This document shows positions 9,374-18,231 of a DNA stretch of 64,000 nucleotides, piece by piece. This DNA is from Candidatus Latescibacterota bacterium. GTDB taxonomy: Bacteria; Latescibacterota; UBA2968; UBA8231. The position numbers were made by a program, and so were the translations under genes. The stretch spans positions 64,001 to 128,000 of the forward strand of contig CBDAOB010000003.1 of NCBI GenBank assembly GCA_965197905.1, given 5' to 3'. Position 1 is the stretch's first letter. Every line of letters begins with the position of its first letter. Below the pieces are notes generated by a model that saw only the letters and a list, made by a program, of their open reading frames with translations, made no database searches and was not told where the DNA came from.

Positions 9374-10471
9374 ATGTCACAACGCACCGCGCGTGCAGCC
9401 GTTTACGATGCCCCGAACACGCCATTCGCGATCAGGAACTATCCTCTGAGAGACGTGCATCCTGATGAGGTTTTGGTCCGGGTCGTGATGTCGACGATTT
9501 GCCGGTCCGACATCCATTCGTACCACGGCCATCGGCCGAACCCGTGCCCCGGGATTCTCGGGCACGAGATCATCGGGGTCATCGACCAGCTCGGGGCGGA
9601 CATCGAACGCGACATGCGGGGCGATCCGCTCGCCGTCGGAGACCGGATCACCTGGACGGAATATTTCCATCATGGCGAGTCCTACTATCGCGATGTCCAT
9701 GACATGCCGCAGAAATCGCATGGGGTCAGAAAATATGGGCACGACCTGGTGGAAGAGGATCCACATTTTCTCGGCGGGTTTGCGGAGTATTGTTACGTCG
9801 TGCCGGGAACCGGCATCTTGAAACTCCCTGAAGAACTGAGCGACGAAGAGGCGACACCGATCAATTGCGGTGTCGCGACCATGGTTTGCGTCACCGAGGC
9901 AACGCAGATTCAGATGGGAGATGTCGTCGCGATCCAGGGACTCGGACTCTTGGGGCTCTACGGATGCGCGATGGCCAAGTCCCGTGGGGCACGTCTGGTG
10001 ATCGGGCTCGATGCGGTCGCGGATCGCCTCGCGGCGGCCAAAAAATTCGGTGCAGACGTCGTCATCGACATATCGGGCCGCGAAGAGGATGACATCGTTG
10101 CTCAGGTGCGCGAGTTGGCGCCGCCCGATGGCGTCGATGCCGTGATCGAGGTTTGTGGTGCTCCAGCCGCAGTCCCGGCAGGAATGAAGATGTTGCGCAT
10201 CGGCGGGCGTTACACGCTTGCCGGTCTGGTCAACCCCGATGCCCACGTCACGGTCGATGCCAATGTGTTTGTGAAGAAGTGGATCACGCTGCGGGGCATC
10301 CACAACTACCACCCGCGGCACCTGATCCAGGCGCTGGACTTCGTCGTGGCCAACCGGGAGCGATTCCCGTTCAAGGACATCGTCGATTCAAAATTCAAGC
10401 TCGATGATCTCGACGAGGCCTTCAAGCGGGCGTCCGCACGCTCGGTGCTGCGCGCCGCGATAGTACCGTAA
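9374..10471 (+). CDS. Zinc-binding MDR alcohol dehydrogenase (resembles the phosphonate-catabolism-associated clade)
   Basis: ICRSDIH, GHE, QGLGLLG, RGIHNYHPRHL; AAGGAG RBS. Confidence 0.85.
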   Translation: MSQRTARAAVYDAPNTPFAIRNYPLRDVHPDEVLVRVVMSTICRSDIHSYHGHRPNPCPGILGHEIIGVIDQLGADIERDMRGDPLAVGDRITWTEYFHHGESYYRDVHDMPQKSHGVRKYGHDLVEEDPHFLGGFAEYCYVVPGTGILKLPEELSDEEATPINCGVATMVCVTEATQIQMGDVVAIQGLGLLGLYGCAMAKSRGARLVIGLDAVADRLAAAKKFGADVVIDISGREEDDIVAQVRELAPPDGVDAVIEVCGAPAAVPAGMKMLRIGGRYTLAGLVNPDAHVTVDANVFVKKWITLRGIHNYHPRHLIQALDFVVANRERFPFKDIVDSKFKLDDLDEAFKRASARSVLRAAIVP

Positions 10472-10485
10472 GAGGATCGCTATTC

Positions 10486-11943
10486 ATGCCAGCAGAAACG
10501 CCTGATCTCGACTTCAAGCCAAAGGGACTGTTCATCGGTGGAGAATGGATAAAGGCCGGCTCCGGCCAGACCATTACTACGATCAACCCCTCAAACGGTG
10601 ACGTGCTCGGCGAAGTGCCGCTTGCCAATGAGGTCGATGTTGACAAGGCTGTCACAAGCGCCAAGGAGGCGTTTCCGGCATGGTCGGCTTTGCCCGTCGC
10701 GAAACGTCCCGAATATCTCCTGCGTCTTGCTCAAGCGATCGACGAAAATGCCGAACTTCTGGCGCTGATGGATGCCGTGGACAGTGGCAACGCGGTCTCC
10801 GGGATGCGCGCCGACATGAAATGGACGGCCGACACTTTCCGATACTTCGCCGGCCTGGTCACCGAGATGAAGGGCGAGACCCTGTCACGCGAGCCCGGCC
10901 ATCTCAACCTGACCTTGCGCCAACCCTACGGCGTGGTTGCCAAGATCAATCCCTTCAATCACCCCTTCCGTTTCTGCGCCGAAAAGGCGGCGTCGGCGCT
11001 GGCCGCCGGAAATACCGTTGTCATCAAAGGACCGGAACAAGCCCCGCTCTCCAGTCTGAAGCTAGGCGAGCTCTGCCAAGAGATTTTCCCGCCTGGCGTC
11101 GTCAATATCGTCACGGGGGACGGTCTGACAGGTTCGGCAATGGTGCGACACAAGGACGTACCTCGCATCGGGTTTGTGGGTTCAGTCGAGACGGGGCGAA
11201 TTATCGCTCGCGAAGCGGCCGAGGGACTCAAGGAGGTCACGCTGGAGCTGGGTGGAAAGAACCCTATCATCATTTTTCCTGACGCCGACCCAAACGAGGC
11301 GGCCGCCACGGTCGTAAAGGCGATGAACATGAATCGTCAGGGACAGTCGTGCTCGTCGACATCACGGGTGCTCGTGCATGAATCGCTGCACGACAAGGTG
11401 AGGGCCGAGCTCGTCAAAGTGGCGTCGGCGATTCCGATCGGTCTTCCATGGCTTGAAGGTGCTGAAATGGGACCGCTCGTTTCCCAGCAACAGTACAACA
11501 GGGTGCTGCGATATATCGAATATGGGCATGCGGATGGCGCCACGCTGCTGACTGGCGGCGGTTCGCCCGATGATCCGGACCTCAAGAGGGGATTCTTCGT
11601 AGCGCCTACGGTGTTCGACGGCGTGACACCGCAGATGCGCATCGCCAGCGAGGAGATCTTCGGTCCGGTCATGTCGATCATGGGCTGGACCGATTTCGAC
11701 GAGATGATCGAAGTCGCAAACGGTGTCATGTACGGGCTGACTGCGTCTATCGTAACCAACGACTTCGGTGCGGCGATGCGAGCGGCCGAACGGGTGGAAG
11801 CGGGCTACGTCTGGATCAATTCATCCGGCCGCTATCTGGGCGCTCCCTATGGGGGCTGGAAACAGAGTGGTATCGGTAAAGAAGAATCCTTCGAGGAGCT
11901 CCTGAGCTACACACGCCTGAAGAATGTGAACATGCGCTGGTAA
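10486..11943 (+). CDS. NAD(P)-dependent aldehyde dehydrogenase (PhdK-like motifs)
   Basis: PFNHP, LELGGKNP, GQSCSSTSR, EEIFGPV, PYGGWKQSG. Confidence 0.92.
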   Translation: MPAETPDLDFKPKGLFIGGEWIKAGSGQTITTINPSNGDVLGEVPLANEVDVDKAVTSAKEAFPAWSALPVAKRPEYLLRLAQAIDENAELLALMDAVDSGNAVSGMRADMKWTADTFRYFAGLVTEMKGETLSREPGHLNLTLRQPYGVVAKINPFNHPFRFCAEKAASALAAGNTVVIKGPEQAPLSSLKLGELCQEIFPPGVVNIVTGDGLTGSAMVRHKDVPRIGFVGSVETGRIIAREAAEGLKEVTLELGGKNPIIIFPDADPNEAAATVVKAMNMNRQGQSCSSTSRVLVHESLHDKVRAELVKVASAIPIGLPWLEGAEMGPLVSQQQYNRVLRYIEYGHADGATLLTGGGSPDDPDLKRGFFVAPTVFDGVTPQMRIASEEIFGPVMSIMGWTDFDEMIEVANGVMYGLTASIVTNDFGAAMRAAERVEAGYVWINSSGRYLGAPYGGWKQSGIGKEESFEELLSYTRLKNVNMRW

Positions 11944-11994
11944 CAAGCTGGCGCGGAGATGAACTCCAGCCAATCGAGAGGAGCCCGAAACAAG

Positions 11995-12966
11995 ATGGCC
12001 GAATCCATTCACTATCGCGGCAGGCTTGAAGCGTACTGCCTGGCCCAGCAGGAGTTCACGCTCGAGCTCGTCGACGCGACGTTGCGGGCTTACCCGCCGG
12101 CCCTGCCAGAACCGCCGCCGCGACGGCTGGCATTACAGCTGCTGGATCATGTGCTGCACGAGGAACCCGCCGCGAGCAAGCCGTGGCTCCAAGCCTTCCA
12201 CCACCGCCGCATAGCCGCCGCCGCCGACGACATCGAAGCGACGCTCGTCCGTTCGGGTGGTGCGGTGTGGAAGCTCTACGACCATGGCTTCGTCGTGCGC
12301 ACCCCGGAAGTGACGCTGGAGTTCGACCTCACGCGGGGTCACTCTGCCGGCGTCCCTGCTTTCGCCGTGGCGGATGAGGTGCTCGACCGGATCGCCGACG
12401 CCTGCGACGTGCTGTTCATCAGCCACCTCCACGAGGATCACGCCGACCCTCACGTCGCAGCCCGTTTCCTCGTCCAGAACAAGCCGGTGGTCGCGCCGCC
12501 ACAGGTGCTGGAAGAGGAACCGTTCCACGAGCGCATCACTCACCTTCCGCGCGAGCCCCACGTGCTGCACGAGCTGTCGGTGCACGGTGGAGAGGTGCTC
12601 CTGCGGGTCGCCGCCAATCCGGGTCACCAGGGCATCAAAACCGAGAACAACCACCATGTGGTGGTCGCGCCCTGTGGATTCACCGTGGTCCACACCGGCG
12701 ACCAGGGCTATACAGACGAACTCGACTGGTTGGACAGCGCCCACGAGCACTACCGGGTCGACCTGTTGCTGCCTAACTCCTGGGTGCCCGACTTGCTGGG
12801 GGTGGTGGCCGCATACGATCCGCGCTTCATCGTCCCAGGCCACGAGAACGAGCTGGGCCACGACGTCTCCCACCGCGAGCCCTACTGGCTTTCCTACGTG
12901 CGCATGACGACGAACGCCGAGAAGCTTCTGGTGATGACCTGGGGCGAACGCTTTGACGTGCCATAG
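11995..12966 (+). CDS. MBL-fold metallo-hydrolase (UlaG-like)
   Basis: SHLHEDH, HTGD, PGHENELGH; start could instead be 11959. Confidence 0.82.
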   Translation: MAESIHYRGRLEAYCLAQQEFTLELVDATLRAYPPALPEPPPRRLALQLLDHVLHEEPAASKPWLQAFHHRRIAAAADDIEATLVRSGGAVWKLYDHGFVVRTPEVTLEFDLTRGHSAGVPAFAVADEVLDRIADACDVLFISHLHEDHADPHVAARFLVQNKPVVAPPQVLEEEPFHERITHLPREPHVLHELSVHGGEVLLRVAANPGHQGIKTENNHHVVVAPCGFTVVHTGDQGYTDELDWLDSAHEHYRVDLLLPNSWVPDLLGVVAAYDPRFIVPGHENELGHDVSHREPYWLSYVRMTTNAEKLLVMTWGERFDVP

Positions 12967-12975
12967 AGGACAACC

Positions 12976-14271
12976 ATGACTACCGAGCTTGCTGCGCATA
13001 TCCTACAGACCCCTCTTTGCGACACCCACGAACATCTGCGCAAAGAGCACACCTGGATCGATGAGGGACCCGACATCCTCCAGGATCTCTTCGGCAACTA
13101 CGTTGCGGCCGACTTGAAAACGGCAGGTGCCAACACCGCGGCTATCGAGCGTCTGCTACACAAGCCAGAGGCACCGGTGGGCGACCGCTTTCGCGATATC
13201 CAGAGTGCGTGGCATGCCACCCAGTTTACCGGCTACGGCGAAGCGGTCCGGCTGATTGCAAGCAAGATATACGGACTGGAGGAACTGACAGCCGGTGGTC
13301 TGGACCAGGCGCAGACGCGATTGACCGACCTGCGCAGACCGGGAGGGCGTTACGATCTGCTCAAGAACGTGGCGAATCTGGACCACATCCAGACGGATGA
13401 CGGCTGCTGGCCTTGTCTGCCCGATCGCTCGGGCTTGGACTTTTTCTTCTACGATATCTCCTGGGCGGGATTCTGCAACGGCCACATCGACCCTGAGGCT
13501 ATCGAAGCGGAAACGTCGGTTGCCGTCAACGATCTGAATTCGCTCGACAAATCCATGGCCGCCATTTTTGCGAAGTACGCGTCGGTCGCCATCGCCGTCA
13601 AAGCCCAGCACGCCTACAATAGAACCCTCCTTTGGGAGGAGCGAACGCGAGAAGATGCATCTCAGGCACTAGACGCCGTCCTGAGCGAAGGCCCCGAAAA
13701 CGTACCCGAAGCAACACGTCTTTGCCTGGGTGACTGGTGCTGGGCAAGAGGAATCGAGCTGGCAGTCGAGCACGACCTCCCGTTCAAGATCCACACCGGA
13801 TATTACGCCGGCAACGATCGCATGCCGGTGGACCGGATCCGCGCCGGCAACATGTGTCCTCTGCTGGCGAAATATCTGGACGCCCGTTTTGTGCTCATGC
13901 ATATCGCCTACCCGTACAACAACGAGCTGATCGCCATCGCCAAACATTACCCCAACGTCTGGGTAGACCTATGCTGGGCGTGGTCCATCGATCCTTTCAG
14001 TTCCGCGGATTTTGTCCGGCGATTCATCCACACGGTTCCAGCGAACAAGCTTTTCGGTTTCGGCGGCGACACGGGATGGCCCACGAGTTCGGCCGCGTAT
14101 GCAATCCAGATGAGACACTGGTTCACGCGGGCGATGGAGAGTGAGGTTGCAGAAGGCTTATTGACCGAGCAACAGGCAAAGCGGGTTGCATCTCGAATCA
14201 TGCACGACAATCAGTACGACTGCTTCGATCTGGAGGGGACACGCCGCAACATCGCCGAAGCCGCAGCCTGA
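12976..14271 (+). CDS. Amidohydrolase family protein (Amidohydro_2)
   Basis: DTHEH, KIHTG, LMHIAYPY, VDLCW, FGGD. Confidence 0.87.
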   Translation: MTTELAAHILQTPLCDTHEHLRKEHTWIDEGPDILQDLFGNYVAADLKTAGANTAAIERLLHKPEAPVGDRFRDIQSAWHATQFTGYGEAVRLIASKIYGLEELTAGGLDQAQTRLTDLRRPGGRYDLLKNVANLDHIQTDDGCWPCLPDRSGLDFFFYDISWAGFCNGHIDPEAIEAETSVAVNDLNSLDKSMAAIFAKYASVAIAVKAQHAYNRTLLWEERTREDASQALDAVLSEGPENVPEATRLCLGDWCWARGIELAVEHDLPFKIHTGYYAGNDRMPVDRIRAGNMCPLLAKYLDARFVLMHIAYPYNNELIAIAKHYPNVWVDLCWAWSIDPFSSADFVRRFIHTVPANKLFGFGGDTGWPTSSAAYAIQMRHWFTRAMESEVAEGLLTEQQAKRVASRIMHDNQYDCFDLEGTRRNIAEAAA

Positions 14272-14298
14272 CCCGCGCCCAGGGAGCCCAACAGGTCT

Positions 14299-15429
14299 CT
14301 ACGGTCGCACGCGTGCCCAGCAGGCGTTTTTGATCGTTTCGTCGCCGGCGTAGAACACGGTGAAGAGATCCCCGTTGGGCAGGAGCGCAATGCGGGGATG
14401 TCCGAAACGCCACCGTTCCATGTCCTTCCAAAGCTCGGCCCCCGAACGCGATCCCTCGGCGCCCGATTCGGTTCCGCGGGAGCTGTCGTACACCCTCAAA
14501 TCGCGCGATCGATCCCAGGTCCGGCCAAAATCCGGGCTGAAAGAGAGGTTGATTCCTGGAGGATCCCGGCGATGGGGGTAGGCCGCCACCAGCCGATCGC
14601 CGCCGATGGCCAGGGGTTGGCAATGTTGACCAGGTAGGCCAGTGGGTTCGGGAGCGGACCAGTGACGCGCATCGGCGCTGCCCCACGATATATGAGCGTC
14701 GATGTCGTGACCTTTGAGAAAATCGTGCGTCCAGAACATCGCCACCAAGCCACCTGAAGAGGGATGTCTGTCGATTCGTTGATCCCAGTAGGCCACCTCG
14801 TGTTCGGGGTGTTGGGCAACTGTCACAAACTCGGACCAGGAGACTCCGCCGTCGCCGGAAATGCGCAGGCGGGCACCGGGTTGGCCCGGAGACGGATCGT
14901 CGTACTCCTTCCAGTGCTCGTACGGCTGGCAGAGGAAACCATCGGGAAGCTTGAAAACGGCGCAGGTACAGGGCGAAGCAGCTACGTGAGGAGTCGTCTC
15001 CATAACGCGAGGCTGGCTCCAGCTACGGCCGTCGTCGCCGGAGGTTGCGTGCAGGATCTGCATCGGAAGCAGCCCCTGAGTCCGGGGATTGATAAACGGC
15101 AGCTCCGGGCGCGAGCGATTGACCCAAAGGAATGAGGCTGTAAGCTCTCCGGGTTCCAGCTCAGTGAGGCTCATCGTTTTGATTTCGCCGGTTATGCCCG
15201 AAAACTCGGTCTGGCCATACCCGTCGTAACGGAGTTCCCACGACTCGCCCATATTCTCGCTGGCGAAGATACAGGCGTGACCGTCGGCGGAGTGCCTGGC
15301 AGTGCCCCAGCGCCCGGTAACCAAAACGGTTCCACGCCGAGTCACAAAAACATCCGTGAACGCACTCGAGCGCCGATATTGTGGACCGCTGGCTCCGTCG
15401 AACACCAGCCCAGAGGAGATCAGTTGCAC
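14299..15429 (-). CDS. Sialidase/BNR Asp-box beta-propeller protein
   Basis: Repeated Asp-boxes SENMGESW, SGDDGRSW, SGDGGVSW, SPDFGRTW. Confidence 0.82.
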   Translation of the reverse strand: MQLISSGLVFDGASGPQYRRSSAFTDVFVTRRGTVLVTGRWGTARHSADGHACIFASENMGESWELRYDGYGQTEFSGITGEIKTMSLTELEPGELTASFLWVNRSRPELPFINPRTQGLLPMQILHATSGDDGRSWSQPRVMETTPHVAASPCTCAVFKLPDGFLCQPYEHWKEYDDPSPGQPGARLRISGDGGVSWSEFVTVAQHPEHEVAYWDQRIDRHPSSGGLVAMFWTHDFLKGHDIDAHISWGSADARHWSAPEPTGLPGQHCQPLAIGGDRLVAAYPHRRDPPGINLSFSPDFGRTWDRSRDLRVYDSSRGTESGAEGSRSGAELWKDMERWRFGHPRIALLPNGDLFTVFYAGDETIKNACWARVRP

Positions 15430-15438
15430 GGGTTACAA

Positions 15439-16695
15439 CCCCTATTCCCCATATTGAACCTGAAAACCGCTTTTCAAAGGTGCCATAAGATGTTATAGGC
15501 AATATAATAACGATTGTTTCTGGCGATGAATATGGGTCATCCCGAGGGTGAAAGGATGAGAATGGGTTTTGATGGTGGAATCAAGCTTGAATTTCATGGT
15601 GCAAAAGTGACCTCTGACGGGGGTCTTTTAGCGTATCGTGAACTTGATGATGCGCTGGGATTATTCGATGCCGTTTCTACGGCTTTATCGGACCAACGTA
15701 CTGGCCGTAATATCCAACATGCGATGGCTACCTTATTACGCCAATCCATTTATAGCCGTCTTGCGGGGTATGAAGATGTCAATGACGCCGAGCGTCTCTC
15801 GGTTGATCCTGTCATGAGAGCGCTCACCGGGGAAAAGGGCGCCCCACAAACAGGCCGCCAGCGTCAACACGATGGGGCGTTTTGAAACTAAGATACTGAC
15901 TCCGCACGAGAATCTCGGAAACTTGTCAGATATTAATGGCAAGTGGGTTCAAAAAGCGATGGGTAAGACCCCTCATCAGCGAATCATTCTGGACCTGGAC
16001 AGTTCAGAGAGCCCGGTACATGGCGAGCAGGAGGGATCAGCTTACAACGGCCATTTCGGGTGTACCTGTTTCCATCCGCTGTTCTGCTTCAATCAGTTCG
16101 GGGATTGTGAAGGCGTCCTGCTGCGCTCTGGTAATGTTCACAGCGCTGATCGTTGGAAGGAAGTTCTGCAACCGATCGTCAAGAGATACGAGAACAAAAA
16201 GAATAGGAAATACTTTCGTGGCGATGCGGCCTTCGCCAAACCAGAAATCTATGAATACCTGGAGGGAAACGGCCTCTTGTATGCCATCCGGATGCCTGCC
16301 AACCAACTCCTCCACGAGAAAATACGACCCCTGCTGACTCGACCGGTGGGCCGACCACCCGAAAAGCCGATAATCTGCTGGTCCGAGTTCAGCTATCAGG
16401 CCGGCAGTTGGGATCGACCGCGGTGGCGATAGACCAGACGTTATTTGCCGAGATCTTGGCCCGAATCAAGCGTTTACGCAATTATTCTGTCTAGAACATC
16501 ACTTTCCAAAGTGAAGCAATGGATACCTGTCTCTAATCGGTGAATGTGAACATGGAGATCATGATAATTCGGAAAAACAAGGCCGTTCTTAATGCAGAAA
16601 TTTGTCCGTGGAGCAAAGTGGACGGCCATTCCTTATTATCAAACAGAGTCGAGTTCAATCTAAACCCCAACTGATTTTGATATGGGGAATACCAG
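15439..16695 (+). mobile_element. IS1380-family insertion sequence, defective (internal deletion and frameshift)
   Basis: Terminal inverted repeats CCCCTATTCCCCATAT (15439-15454) and ATATGGGGAATACCAG (16680-16695), 13/16 match; encloses the transposase remnant. Confidence 0.85.
15532..16494 (+). pseudogene. IS1380-family DDE transposase, frameshifted and internally deleted
   Basis: EFHGAKVTSDGGLL, GYEDVNDA, LDLDSSESPVHGEQEG, RGDAAFA; extra G near 15831; jumps from SWDRPR to the C-terminal VAIDQTLFAEILARIKRLR. Confidence 0.88.
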
Positions 16696-16826
16696 CTAAG
16701 TCAGGCGGCAGACAAGAAACTCTAATGAACGGACTGTCGAAAACTGGTTGGTTGATTTAAACTGGCCTGCAAACAGAAATCGTTTGTGGAACTGCAATCC
16801 AATGCATACCGAAGGACAGAGACCCA

Positions 16827-17957
16827 ATGATTAACGAGCTAGCAACTCTGAGAAACGGTCGATCCGGGCGGTTCTCATCCTGGGACAAGACCGGCAGGAA
16901 CAAAGACCATTGGCTCCTCGAACCGGGTGAATCCAGAGTGCTTGCAGACATCGAGGGACCGGGCGCTATCACCCATATCTGGATGACCCAGTTGAACCAC
17001 TATCGGGAGTGCTTACTGAAGATTACCTGGGACAACGCGAAGAAACCCAGCGTCCTCGCGCCCTTGGGAGACTTCTTCTGCCTTGGGCACGGCATCGCCA
17101 ATAGCTTCCAATCGTTGTTGTTCACGGCGTCGACGAACAGAAATAACGAGTTCAATCAGGGCTGTGCGCTCAATTGTTACGCGCCCATGCCATTCAACGA
17201 GCGCGCCGTAGTTGAGTTGATCAACCAGAGTGGCGAGACACACATGCAATTCTTCTATGTCGACTACGAGAGTTATGCCCAACCCCGACCCGAGGCTGGC
17301 TACTTTCACGCAGAATTCCACCGATCCAATCCGTTCGGTGGCTGGGGTCACGAGATACGGGTCGGTGCCGCTGAGGCCGATATTGCCAACAAGGGCAAGC
17401 TAGCCTGGGACAACAATTACCTTATCCTAGAAACCAAAGGCAGGGGTCATTACGTCGGCTGCAACCTTTCTGTCACCAACTTCAAGGGAAACTGGTGGGG
17501 CGAAGGTGACGACATGATTTGGGTCGATGGCTACAAGTGGCCTCCGGATCTTCACGGAACCGGGAGCGAAGACTATCTCAATCAAGCATGGGGTATGCAG
17601 CCCAACGCATTTCTGCGCAACGGCTCGTCCATCTATGAGAAAAACACCAACGGCTACCAGACCAGCTACGTGCTACACATTGAAAACCCCGTCCGTTTCG
17701 AAAAGGAGATCAGGGTCACCATTGAGCACGGTCACGGTAACCATCTGGCCAACGAGATGTCGTCGGTAGCCTATTGGTACGCGGAACGACCAGCGAGCGT
17801 AGTTTCGCCACCGCCGGTGGGCAAACGCCTCCCGGTCCTCAGGGATAACCAGGGAGGTTGGTTATCCGACAAGAAGAGTAAGTGCCCGGGAAAGCATATC
17901 ACTCCGAACACCGAGATGAAGAAGATGAAGGCGAGGTGGGCGAAAAAGAACGGGTGA
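16827..17957 (+). CDS. DUF2961 family protein (GH172-related)
   Basis: GPGAITHIWMT, PLGDFF, WWGEGDDM, GTGSEDY, IEHGHGN. Confidence 0.88.
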   Translation: MINELATLRNGRSGRFSSWDKTGRNKDHWLLEPGESRVLADIEGPGAITHIWMTQLNHYRECLLKITWDNAKKPSVLAPLGDFFCLGHGIANSFQSLLFTASTNRNNEFNQGCALNCYAPMPFNERAVVELINQSGETHMQFFYVDYESYAQPRPEAGYFHAEFHRSNPFGGWGHEIRVGAAEADIANKGKLAWDNNYLILETKGRGHYVGCNLSVTNFKGNWWGEGDDMIWVDGYKWPPDLHGTGSEDYLNQAWGMQPNAFLRNGSSIYEKNTNGYQTSYVLHIENPVRFEKEIRVTIEHGHGNHLANEMSSVAYWYAERPASVVSPPPVGKRLPVLRDNQGGWLSDKKSKCPGKHITPNTEMKKMKARWAKKNG

Positions 17958-18231
17958 ACAGCCGTACAACTCCTTAACCAAAGCGTTTCACCGGGAATTA
18001 TTGTCAAGAGGACAGTACCATTTCGAGAATCGGCAATCCAATCAAGTCGAAACCGGAATCGATCGCAACCAGACCCCGGCCCCTTTCAGGTACGCCGAGA
18101 ACTGGGCGCGGGCGTCGTTCGCGGGCTACGAATGTTTGGGCAGAACCGCCTTCTCCACGAAAACCCTTCAATATAGTACTGGCGTGGTTACGATTGTAGC
18201 CGACCGTCTGCGCAGAACCAGAGGAGAACCG

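Noticed and set aside
15825..15845. Programmed ribosomal frameshift at GGGGAAAAGGG in the transposase
   Set aside because: IS1380 transposases are normally single ORFs and this copy is also internally deleted; a homopolymer indel is more likely
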